From an uncultured Ignavibacteria bacterium (GTDB lineage Bacteria > Bacteroidota > Ignavibacteria > Kapaibacteriales > Kapaibacteriaceae), in NCBI GenBank assembly GCA_937870915.1, contig CALMZQ010000221.1, forward strand, positions 999-64,998: a stretch of 64,000 nucleotides of DNA, read 5' to 3'. Position 1 is the stretch's first letter. Every line of letters starts with the position of its first letter. The position numbers and the translations under genes were made by a program. Of the stretch, positions 50,612-58,723 are shown piece by piece. The notes beneath the pieces were generated by a model. It did no database searches. It was given only the letters and a program-made list of their open reading frames with translations, and was not told the DNA's origin.

Positions 50612-50665
50612 ATGCGCACAACACGTCAACACCCATACTCGATCGATCGCGGCGAAGAGAACTGA
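50612..50665 (+). CDS. Micropeptide S2 (17 aa) MRTTRQHPYSIDRGEEN
   Basis: ATG...TGA; peptide identical to S1 with 4 nucleotide differences, all silent. Confidence 0.8.
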   Translation: MRTTRQHPYSIDRGEEN

Positions 50666-50744
50666 GCTGCAAAGAGTCCTCGAGTCTTTGTCGAAGTCAA
50701 GAACAACCACAAATCAAACAACACAAAAATCGAAAGTCAACACC

Positions 50745-50933
50745 ATGGAACTCCTCATCGCAATCATGTGCTTTTTCGGAATCGTCAGCTATGAAGATGC
50801 TGGTATCAGCCAGACCGACGCGAGATACCTCCTTCAAAGCAATCAGACAACAGTTCAGTACTACTACCAGAACCCAGATGAACTAACAGGCCTCGTACCA
50901 CAACGCGCACAGATCGACCGTGCTGAAGACTGA
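50745..50933 (+). CDS. Small peptide L2 (62 aa), paralog of L1, ends IDRAED
   Basis: MELLIAIMCFFGIVSYEDAGISQTDARYLLQSNQTTVQYYYQNPDELTGLVPQRAQIDRAED; 46 identities to L1 by manual alignment. Confidence 0.85.
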   Translation: MELLIAIMCFFGIVSYEDAGISQTDARYLLQSNQTTVQYYYQNPDELTGLVPQRAQIDRAED

Positions 50934-50936
50934 AGT

Positions 50937-50973
50937 TAGAGTGCTAGTGTGCTAGAATGCTAGAATGCTAGAG
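50937..50973 (+). repeat. Octamer tandem repeat (TAGAATGC consensus, ~4.5 copies)
   Basis: TAGAGTGC TAGTGTGC TAGAATGC TAGAATGC TAGAG. Confidence 0.8.
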
Positions 50974-51034
50974 AAGGCGAAGCGGTCACATGAAACTCAA
51001 CACGAACAACAACAAGAACACAAAAGGAAACATC

Positions 51035-51088
51035 ATGAAAACCAACCGTCAACACCCGTACTCGATCGATCGCGGCGAAGAGAACTAA
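51035..51088 (+). CDS. Micropeptide S3 (17 aa) MKTNRQHPYSIDRGEEN
   Basis: AAAGGAAACATC-ATG; last 13 aa identical to S1/S2; an upstream in-frame ATG at 50990 would give a 32-aa form. Confidence 0.8.
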   Translation: MKTNRQHPYSIDRGEEN

Positions 51089-51139
51089 GAAGTCCGTGGA
51101 CTTGAACCAATATATTTTTTGAACTCAAAGGAGAACGTC

Positions 51140-51496
51140 ATGTTGCAAGCAATGCCCGTTCAGAACTGCATGCACTTCCTGATGCCGATCAGCTTGGATG
51201 ATTGGAAGTCGTATGACGTCCCCGGTGTAGTGGGAATCCTCCGCAAAGGCGAATCAGGGCAATATGAGCTAGTCGATGCCTTTGATTGTGACCAGATCCC
51301 AGGAGCCAACGAGCTCACGCTTCATGAGAAGTATGGTCAATGGTTGAATGCAGCAGGCAGCCAAGAGCTCATGCGTTTCGATGTCTTCCTCATGCCTCAG
51401 GCAAACAAGACACGCAGAAATGATGTGATTGCACTTATTGAGCGCAGCTGTGGCATTATTCTGCCTTCTAGATCAGCCTACGTGAATGCCGCATAG
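51140..51496 (+). CDS. Hypothetical protein (118 aa), possible degenerate GIY-YIG-fold
   Basis: AAGGAG RBS; PGVVGIL...YELVD...HEKYGQWL..AGS...FLMP....RR...LI pattern resembles small GIY-YIG-like proteins but the Tyr/Gly motifs are substituted. Confidence 0.55.
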   Translation: MLQAMPVQNCMHFLMPISLDDWKSYDVPGVVGILRKGESGQYELVDAFDCDQIPGANELTLHEKYGQWLNAAGSQELMRFDVFLMPQANKTRRNDVIALIERSCGIILPSRSAYVNAA

Positions 51497-51503
51497 CGTA
51501 AAA

Positions 51504-52154
51504 CTATTTACGTGTGATCTTGACAAGTTTTGAAGTAGTAGCACCGAATGGTGGCCCGTCCGTAGTAGTTCCAGCCCACAGCTGAGATTCATCTGTGATG
51601 ATGCCAAGAGACGGGCTTACAAACGATAGAGATTTCGTAACAACCACACCAACGCCATCGGTTAACGTTGGTACTGACAATGCCTGGAAAACGGCGCAGC
51701 GAATAGAACCCGCAGGCGTCGTTAAGGTGGTGTCCGCATGTACTGTTGTTACAACCTTCTCATAGATCTGCAGAGTTGAACCTGAAGGATTCCTTAGTGT
51801 ATCCAAAACGTGGATCACTGTATCTCCTACTGTTGTAGGGAATCGGGCGATCTTCACTGCCGTCTCTGTTCCTCGATAGGTTTCAAGATAGCCGCCCCTC
51901 ATCCTATACGTGTAGTCTTCGCGTAAGAGTACTTGAGCTCCCGGAGCTCCTGAAACTCCAATAACCAATACCGTTGTAACGGTGGTACTGTCTGGTTGCG
52001 TAGTTGACGTAGATTCGAAATCCAATTTATCTCCTGCCTTAAGGTCAAAGGTGGAGAGTGTGAATGTAGGTTCTTGAGGAACTGGATCTGTGGTAGATGC
52101 GCACGATGAAATCAAGAGCGCAGTGCAGATCAAGGAAATGAATGTCTTTATCAT
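51504..52154 (-). CDS. Hypothetical lipoprotein
   Basis: LISS-C lipobox; Thr-rich beta region with TTPAGSI.C and PSLGII motifs. Confidence 0.7.
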   Translation of the reverse strand: MIKTFISLICTALLISSCASTTDPVPQEPTFTLSTFDLKAGDKLDFESTSTTQPDSTTVTTVLVIGVSGAPGAQVLLREDYTYRMRGGYLETYRGTETAVKIARFPTTVGDTVIHVLDTLRNPSGSTLQIYEKVVTTVHADTTLTTPAGSIRCAVFQALSVPTLTDGVGVVVTKSLSFVSPSLGIITDESQLWAGTTTDGPPFGATTSKLVKITRK

Positions 52155-53926
52155 GGGATCACCAAGGTTAGGCGTGATACAACGGCACTGTTAGATTTGA
52201 CCGTTAGCACATAGATGCCAGGGGAAACATTGTTTATCAGTTCAACTGGTATAATTGTCCGACCAGCATCAATACGATGCATGCCCAAATCGCTTGTTGA
52301 GCCACTCATGTCAACAAGAGCCAAGGATACCATTTCGGCATTTGGTGCTGTCACCTCGAACACGCTTGCGTTTGTGACAGGATGAGGTGTTACATGAAGT
52401 TCCCAACCGCTTTCTTTGAACTCCGCAACACTCGTTACAGTTAATGTGAATGCAGCTGGTGTAGACCACCCGCCATTACCACAAGAATTCTTAGCACGCA
52501 CCTCCCAAGTGAAACTGCCGGCACCAATGGACGTGACCGAAACGTTTGTTGTTGTTCCCGAGACGAGTGAATCTTCGAATACCACTGCAAATGGTGACGT
52601 GGAATTTTTCACTCTCAGATGGTATTGGGTTGCATCGGTTGCAGCAGACCAGGAGAATCGTACAGAGCCCGTATTGTCTGCGGATTGGGCGCCTTTCGGT
52701 GATGTTGCCGTGGTGGAGGTAGGGAGCTTCCCACCTGTTGTGAACGTGAAGGGGGCCGACCATTGACCGTTACCAACGCTGTTCACGCCACGCACGCGCC
52801 AATAGTGTTTGGTGTTGCACAGTGCAAGGATAACGCTGGCACTCGTTCCGCTTGGTGTTCCTGTGGCCACGATACTATTAGCTGCAAAGTTCTGCGTAGT
52901 TGCAACCTGATATTCATATGAATCAGCCATGGCGGCAGATGCCCATTCAAGTGTAACGTCTAATGGTCTACCAGTTGCGCTATTGGCTGGCAAGCGAAGC
53001 GTAACATTGCCCGGACCTTGTGACGCCGGAATGAAGTCAACCTTCAGATTCTCACCGTTGAAATCCACGGTCTTTACTACTGGTGCAGACAAGCCCCCTT
53101 CAGAAGCCGTAACTACAACAGATCCGCTCCCAGTGAAAGGGATTGCATAACCACCGGAAGTGCTTGTAACAGCATAATAGGTTCCGCGATTGGGTTTAAC
53201 GGAGACGCCTCCAAGGCCTTCACCAATATCATAGAAGCCGTTAGAGTTTTTGTCATTGTACACAACTCCGGTAATGTAACGCACACTGCGAAGACCAAAG
53301 TCTTGGGTGATGACGTATGGACCAACGTGACTGGTCTGAAGCCCTTGATTATTCTTGATGATCCCGATACCGATCTCTGTAAACAGATAGTTCGAAATGT
53401 TCATGATGTTGGTGCGGTGTCCAAGCTGTATTTGGTTCTCTTCTCCCCAGTCTACGTTAAGTCCACAGTGACCATACCATACAGACTCGCTATAAGCCGC
53501 AACGTTTTCACCATAGGTCCCCATCGATGCGTAGCTCACCTTTGCGTACCGATCTCCAAGATCGTCACCATTGCTACTAGTGTGGCCTTGGAAATTGTTG
53601 TCATCCATATCCTTTGAATGTGCCGCAGCTGCGGTCATCAGTGCCGGATGAAATGCAAGAGGCGGACGTTGAGCATACGTTGTAAATGCTTGCTTCGTAG
53701 CGCTCTTGTTGATCTGCCAGAAGGAGTAGGCTTGTTGTACACTGGCATCATCAGTATCCATCAAGCGAATGCCTTCCTCAGTTGGATTGGCACGAGCTCT
53801 GTTGATCATTTCCAACATCAACTGTTCTTCAGGTGATGGATCGCCATGACTATACGTCTGCGTTGGTTGAGCTGATGCGCGCATCGAAATGAGTGCTACA
53901 AAAAGCACGATAAACACCTTGGTCAT
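52151..53926 (-). CDS. CAP/SCP-domain secreted protein with FN3-like repeats and T9SS C-terminal domain
   Basis: ASA-Q signal, LEMINRAR, AHSKDM, GENVA, GHRTNIM, YWRVRG/WEVRA FN3 motifs, P.PV...GIYVL CTD. Confidence 0.85.
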   Translation of the reverse strand: MTKVFIVLFVALISMRASAQPTQTYSHGDPSPEEQLMLEMINRARANPTEEGIRLMDTDDASVQQAYSFWQINKSATKQAFTTYAQRPPLAFHPALMTAAAAHSKDMDDNNFQGHTSSNGDDLGDRYAKVSYASMGTYGENVAAYSESVWYGHCGLNVDWGEENQIQLGHRTNIMNISNYLFTEIGIGIIKNNQGLQTSHVGPYVITQDFGLRSVRYITGVVYNDKNSNGFYDIGEGLGGVSVKPNRGTYYAVTSTSGGYAIPFTGSGSVVVTASEGGLSAPVVKTVDFNGENLKVDFIPASQGPGNVTLRLPANSATGRPLDVTLEWASAAMADSYEYQVATTQNFAANSIVATGTPSGTSASVILALCNTKHYWRVRGVNSVGNGQWSAPFTFTTGGKLPTSTTATSPKGAQSADNTGSVRFSWSAATDATQYHLRVKNSTSPFAVVFEDSLVSGTTTNVSVTSIGAGSFTWEVRAKNSCGNGGWSTPAAFTLTVTSVAEFKESGWELHVTPHPVTNASVFEVTAPNAEMVSLALVDMSGSTSDLGMHRIDAGRTIIPVELINNVSPGIYVLTVKSNSAVVSRLTLVIP

Positions 53927-54636
53927 TACAGATCTCCACGTTGAGGTCGAATGAGAATTTCTTCAAATTGTATGCGTGGGTTGTTGTACGATGAAACGAT
54001 CATCTGTACAGCTTCGGCCACGTCTTCTGATTGCATCATGCGCTCGCCTAACAAAGCCCGCTCTTCTATTCCCCATATGTCCGTCTCTGTGGCTCCCACA
54101 ATCACGTCAGCAATCTTAATGTGTTTGCTGCGCACTTCATTTCGAAGGGAACGAGTAAGAGCAAGTGCTCCAGCCTTTGAGGCACCATAGCCGGTACATC
54201 CGGAGAAAGCTGATATTGCGGCTACAGAATTGATCGTGATGATCATACCCTTTTGCTGGCTTAACATGTATGGTAGTACGGACTTGATGCCAAGAAATAC
54301 TCCACGCAGGTTTATAGCCACTTGATCGTCAAAGGCATCCACTGTCATGTTGACAAGATCTGTGAAAACAGCGACCCCGGCATTGTTGATCAGGACATCA
54401 ACCGGGCCAAACAACTGTGTGGCTGCCGCGTGTGCAATGGCCACGCTGTGTTCATCGGCCACATCACAGGGAATAACAGCAGCATTTCCTCCTGGAAGCA
54501 TATTCTCGATCTGACGAAGAGATGCCTCATTACGCCCACTCAAGGAAATGCGATGTTTTGTGCCTAAATGTTGGGCGATCGCTGCGCCAATTCCACGGCC
54601 AGCGCCAGTGATCCAGATGTGTAGAGATGCGGACAT
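53926..54636 (-). CDS. SDR family oxidoreductase
   Basis: TGAGRGIG, NNAG, YGASK. Confidence 0.92.
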   Translation of the reverse strand: MSASLHIWITGAGRGIGAAIAQHLGTKHRISLSGRNEASLRQIENMLPGGNAAVIPCDVADEHSVAIAHAAATQLFGPVDVLINNAGVAVFTDLVNMTVDAFDDQVAINLRGVFLGIKSVLPYMLSQQKGMIITINSVAAISAFSGCTGYGASKAGALALTRSLRNEVRSKHIKIADVIVGATETDIWGIEERALLGERMMQSEDVAEAVQMIVSSYNNPRIQFEEILIRPQRGDL

Positions 54637-54637
54637 A

Positions 54638-55786
54638 TTAGCCCGCAAGATAGCGCAAAAGGGCTTCAGTTTCCTGTCCGAGCACGATGTTGCGCCGGGC
54701 CATTACAGTGCGAGCAACCTCTACAGCCTTATCGGTATCATAGGTGTCGTTGAGCCAACGAAAAGAGCCGATTGACTTGGTAGGAGCCCCTTGCGTAACA
54801 ATGTTACTGCTCACGCCACAAACTGTGCCTGTTGAAAATCGTGTTCCGATAGCGGATTTACTGTGATCACCCATGAGGAGCCCAAGGAATGTCCTCTGTG
54901 AATCTTCCTTGCCCCAAGGTAGCTCTACATTGACATGATCATAATTGTTCTTGAGATCGGACGTTGTTGTTCCGGCACCAAGATTGACCCATTCACCTAG
55001 GTAGGAATGGCCAAGGAATCCGTCATGTTGCTTATTGCTATAGCCATGGATAACCGAGTCTTCGATCTCTCCGGCGATCTTACACCATGGACCGATAACC
55101 GATGTCCCGACGGTTGTTAAAGGCTTAACGATTGTATCAGAACCAATGGCTACTGGACCTGACAAAATGCAATACGGTCCAATTGTGACGTTTTCATCGA
55201 TCATCACCGGGCCATTTGTTTCGTCGATGACCACTGTTGGATGGATCTTGGCCGATGGCGCAATTGTCTGCCGACGTAGTGAAACATCCCATGAAATCGA
55301 GTCTGCAATGTGATCCAGTGCCTGCCACTGCCTATGAAGGACATGACCACTGCATTCAACAGCTTGGATCACATCAGGATCATAGGAAGCAAGTATCTCA
55401 CTTGCATCATCAGGTTTTGACATGGCTGTAGGTATATACGCCCCCACAATATGTCCACTGCACGTAACGAGGAAGGCCTCGGTGCGCTGTTCGCAGGTAG
55501 CTACCAATTTTCGTATCACATCAGGCGATAAGACAACATTTCCCGCAATGAGTAGGGAGGGGGCCGACGAAAATGTAGCCGTATGCGGATAACGTTCTAC
55601 GAATGACCTGACATGTTTGTCGCGGTGGGAAACTACGCTCACGGCGCTGTGGCCGAGTGTCTGTTGCCAGCGTTCCAAGATCGTATAGAGCCCGGTACGG
55701 ATCTCCCACGAACAATGAGTTGCCGTAAAAGGATAAAGTCCTTCTACATCATCATGTTCGAGGAGGAGGATCTGCACCGGACCCAT
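54638..55786 (-). CDS. GlmU-related putative sugar nucleotidyltransferase/acyltransferase with hexapeptide repeats
   Basis: LYPFT.T...EIRTG..TI.ERW N-terminus, left-handed beta-helix, NKQHDGFLGHSYLGEWVNLGA.T.TSDLKNNY. Confidence 0.82.
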   Translation of the reverse strand: MGPVQILLLEHDDVEGLYPFTATHCSWEIRTGLYTILERWQQTLGHSAVSVVSHRDKHVRSFVERYPHTATFSSAPSLLIAGNVVLSPDVIRKLVATCEQRTEAFLVTCSGHIVGAYIPTAMSKPDDASEILASYDPDVIQAVECSGHVLHRQWQALDHIADSISWDVSLRRQTIAPSAKIHPTVVIDETNGPVMIDENVTIGPYCILSGPVAIGSDTIVKPLTTVGTSVIGPWCKIAGEIEDSVIHGYSNKQHDGFLGHSYLGEWVNLGAGTTTSDLKNNYDHVNVELPWGKEDSQRTFLGLLMGDHSKSAIGTRFSTGTVCGVSSNIVTQGAPTKSIGSFRWLNDTYDTDKAVEVARTVMARRNIVLGQETEALLRYLAG

Positions 55787-57397
55787 TTACAACTTCTCCA
55801 GAGCATGAGCCAGCGAAGCCTTAATGAACGAGACAAACAATGGGTGACCTGTTACGGCACGTGACTTCAGTTCTGGATGGAACTGTACGCCAACAAACCA
55901 TGGATGATTGGGCAGCTCTACAACTTCAACAAGCCGACCATCAGGAGATGTGCCGCTGATACGGAGCCCCTTGCTCTCAAGAATCTCTCTGAAATCATTA
56001 TTGAACTCATAGCGATGACGATGTCGTTCGCTGATGTGTTCACTCTTATAGGCAGCAAATGCCTTGGTCCGCTTTTCAAGGTGACACGGATAAGCGCCCA
56101 GTCTCATGGTACCGCCCTTTTCCGTCACCTTACGTTGCTCAGGTAGGAGGTCTATCACATTGAACTTGTTCTTCTTGAACTCAGACGAGTTGGCAAGAGC
56201 TAGTCCGGCAACATTACGAGCGAATTCAATCACAGAACACTGCATTCCAAGACAAATTCCAAAGAATGGAATGTTGTGTGTTCGAACGTATTCAATGGCG
56301 TTAATTTTGCCTTCAATTCCGCGCGAACCAAACCCTGGAGCCACGAGGATACCATCAACATCTGAGAGGAGTTCCTGTACGTTGTCCTTGGTGATCCCTT
56401 CGGAATCGAGCCAACGTAGGTTCACCCTCGTGTTGTTGATTGCACCTGCGTGGATGAAGGCTTCTGTAATACTCTTGTAGCTGTCAGGGTACTTGTTGTA
56501 CTTACCAACAAGGCCAATGGTGATGTTGTGCTTCGGAGCTTTGATGCGATGGACAAATCGCGACCATGTATCGAGGTTGAGCTTCGACTTTTTTAAATGA
56601 AGTTTCTCACAAACGATCTCGTCGAGCTTGTGCTTGGCGAACATCATCGGTACTTCATAGATCGTATCGGCATCAAGGGCTTCAATAACACTACGTTCTT
56701 CAACGTTGCAGAAGAGGGCGATCTTGGCGCGAATGTCCTTGTCGAGACTCATCTCTGCCCTACATAGAAGTAGGTCGGGTGTGATGCCGAACTCCATCAA
56801 TGTCTTTACCGAGTGCTGCGTTGGTTTTGTCTTCAGTTCACCGGCGCTCTTGATATAGGGCACATAGGTGAGGTGAATATCGAGCACGTTGCCTCTTCCT
56901 ACTTCATGGCGTAGCTGACGGCACGCCTCGAGAAAGGGAAGCGACTCAATGTCGCCAACGGTACCACCGATCTCAATGATGATCACATCAAATTTGCCTT
57001 CAAAGGCCCTCATTCGACGTTTGATCTCGTCCGTGATGTGTGGGACAACTTGAACAGTTTTACCCAGGTATGCGCCTTGACGCTCCCGAGTGATAACGTC
57101 AAAGTAGACCTGTCCGGCTGTTGCAGTATTCGAACGCGACATGCTTACATCGAGATACCGCTCGTAATGGCCTAAGTCGAGATCAGTCTCAGCGCCGTCA
57201 TCGGTCACAAAGACCTCACCGTGCTGATACGGATTCATCGTACCGGGATCGACGTTGATGTAGGGGTCTAGCTTCTGTACCGTTACGGAAAAACCGCGCT
57301 GACGGAGGAGGAGACCGATGGAAGAAGAAGCAATGCCCTTTCCTAAAGAGGAAAGAACCCCGCCCGTAATGAAGATGTACTTTGACGTCTTCGGCAC
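55787..57397 (-). CDS. pyrG: CTP synthase
   Basis: [47 protein letters not shown]; GTG start at 57397. Confidence 0.98.
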   Translation of the reverse strand: MPKTSKYIFITGGVLSSLGKGIASSSIGLLLRQRGFSVTVQKLDPYINVDPGTMNPYQHGEVFVTDDGAETDLDLGHYERYLDVSMSRSNTATAGQVYFDVITRERQGAYLGKTVQVVPHITDEIKRRMRAFEGKFDVIIIEIGGTVGDIESLPFLEACRQLRHEVGRGNVLDIHLTYVPYIKSAGELKTKPTQHSVKTLMEFGITPDLLLCRAEMSLDKDIRAKIALFCNVEERSVIEALDADTIYEVPMMFAKHKLDEIVCEKLHLKKSKLNLDTWSRFVHRIKAPKHNITIGLVGKYNKYPDSYKSITEAFIHAGAINNTRVNLRWLDSEGITKDNVQELLSDVDGILVAPGFGSRGIEGKINAIEYVRTHNIPFFGICLGMQCSVIEFARNVAGLALANSSEFKKNKFNVIDLLPEQRKVTEKGGTMRLGAYPCHLEKRTKAFAAYKSEHISERHRHRYEFNNDFREILESKGLRISGTSPDGRLVEVVELPNHPWFVGVQFHPELKSRAVTGHPLFVSFIKASLAHALEKL

Positions 57398-57483
57398 TGG
57401 ACACCCGGAAGATGAAGTAATGGACGGGCTCAAAACTACGGATAGTAGCGCGAATGGACAACGCGTTTGCGTAGCTTCGTCGC

Positions 57484-58719
57484 ATGAATACTCGATATCA
57501 CCTGCAGTTCGCCTCATTTTGTTCGATCTGCGCAGTTATTCTCTTGAGCAGTTGTGGCGGTGGAGAGACGCCTGCAACATCCACCCGCACCATCCGATTC
57601 TGGCACTTTTGGAGTGAACCGGGACAAAAGGCCGTTTTACAGGAATTGGTCACGGAGTTCGAAAAGGCGAACAACGCCAAAGTTGAGCTCACCGAACTTT
57701 CATGGAACGACGGGAAGGTGAAGCTCCAAGCGGCATTCAACTCGGGTGCTCCTCCGGATGTAATTGAATTGGGCTCTGACTGGGTAGCGCAATTCTCAAG
57801 TTCGGGAGTGCTCCTTGCTCTTCCGGGTGATGCCAATGCCCTCGGACGATTTGTTTCGTATTCCGTGGCACCGGCTATGTGGCAGGGAAGAGCATATGCA
57901 TATCCGTGGACTCTGGACACACGTGTACTCTACATGAATTCTTCTCTTGTTCAAAAGAGTGGGTGGAGTTCTCCTATCGTCACAATGACGGACTTAGTAA
58001 AGGCTGCTGAGGCTGTCCAAGAGTCTGGGGCTAATGGTTGGGGAGCAAACGGTGCTGATGCCCACCGGTTGTACAAGAAGATTCTGCCGTTCATGTGGAC
58101 GTTTGGAGGCGATGTTCTGGATGCTAACGGCAGACCAGTCCTTAACAGTCAGGAAAATGTAAAGGCTTTGTTGACCTATGCGCAGCTAGCACGTGCGGGC
58201 TTTGTTGAGACGCAACGTCAGCTCGATGCCGCATTCATCCAGGGTAAGGTTGCCTTTTGGAATTCCGGTTCATGGCTCACCAAGAAGATCAATGCAGCAA
58301 CCACGCTAAAGGTCACACCTATCCTTATGCCGGGTCTTACGGGCGAGCCCGGCATCTCATTTGCCGGTGGCGAATATCTAGCGGTTAGTGCTACAACAAA
58401 GAACACACAACTTTCGCGAGACTTCGTACTCTTTCTCACAAAGGGCACAAACGCCGTGCGATTCTGCGCAATGGTCCCAGAGGCCGGTTTTCCGGCCGAA
58501 AAGGGTTCATATGCAGATCCTTCTTTGATAGCCGACCCAATGAAGGCTGTTTTTGCTCAACAACTTGAGCACGCACGTATGACACCCGTCCATCCACGTT
58601 GGTTGGATCTCGAAGCAGTGCTCGAAGACGCCGTTGTGCGTGTTTTGCTCGGTGAGTCAACACCGGAAGAGGCATTAAACACCGCCCAACAGGAAGCACT
58701 TCATATTGTAGGGGGCTGA
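57484..58719 (+). CDS. Sugar ABC transporter solute-binding lipoprotein
   Basis: LLSS-C lipobox, IRFWH, FEKAN, PPDV, YAYPW, family-1 SBP pattern. Confidence 0.85.
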   Translation: MNTRYHLQFASFCSICAVILLSSCGGGETPATSTRTIRFWHFWSEPGQKAVLQELVTEFEKANNAKVELTELSWNDGKVKLQAAFNSGAPPDVIELGSDWVAQFSSSGVLLALPGDANALGRFVSYSVAPAMWQGRAYAYPWTLDTRVLYMNSSLVQKSGWSSPIVTMTDLVKAAEAVQESGANGWGANGADAHRLYKKILPFMWTFGGDVLDANGRPVLNSQENVKALLTYAQLARAGFVETQRQLDAAFIQGKVAFWNSGSWLTKKINAATTLKVTPILMPGLTGEPGISFAGGEYLAVSATTKNTQLSRDFVLFLTKGTNAVRFCAMVPEAGFPAEKGSYADPSLIADPMKAVFAQQLEHARMTPVHPRWLDLEAVLEDAVVRVLLGESTPEEALNTAQQEALHIVGG

Positions 58720-58723
58720 ATCC

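Noticed and set aside
50939-50947. GAGTGCTAG resembling the right half of CIRCE
   Set aside because: It is part of an octamer tandem repeat, with no left half-site at 9-nt spacing
50291-51088. Peptides as classical RiPP precursors
   Set aside because: No modifying enzyme (radical SAM, YcaO, LanB/M, ATP-grasp), peptidase-ABC exporter or GG leader is nearby; modification in trans cannot be excluded
50520-51090. Three ~55-bp DNA repeats read as a CRISPR array or ncRNA repeat
   Set aside because: Spacing is irregular, no cas genes are present, and variation falls at synonymous codon positions, so they are better explained as micropeptide genes
38800-51500. Accessory block as a prophage or integrative element
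   Set aside because: No integrase, transposase, phage structural gene, tRNA or flanking att repeats could be seen
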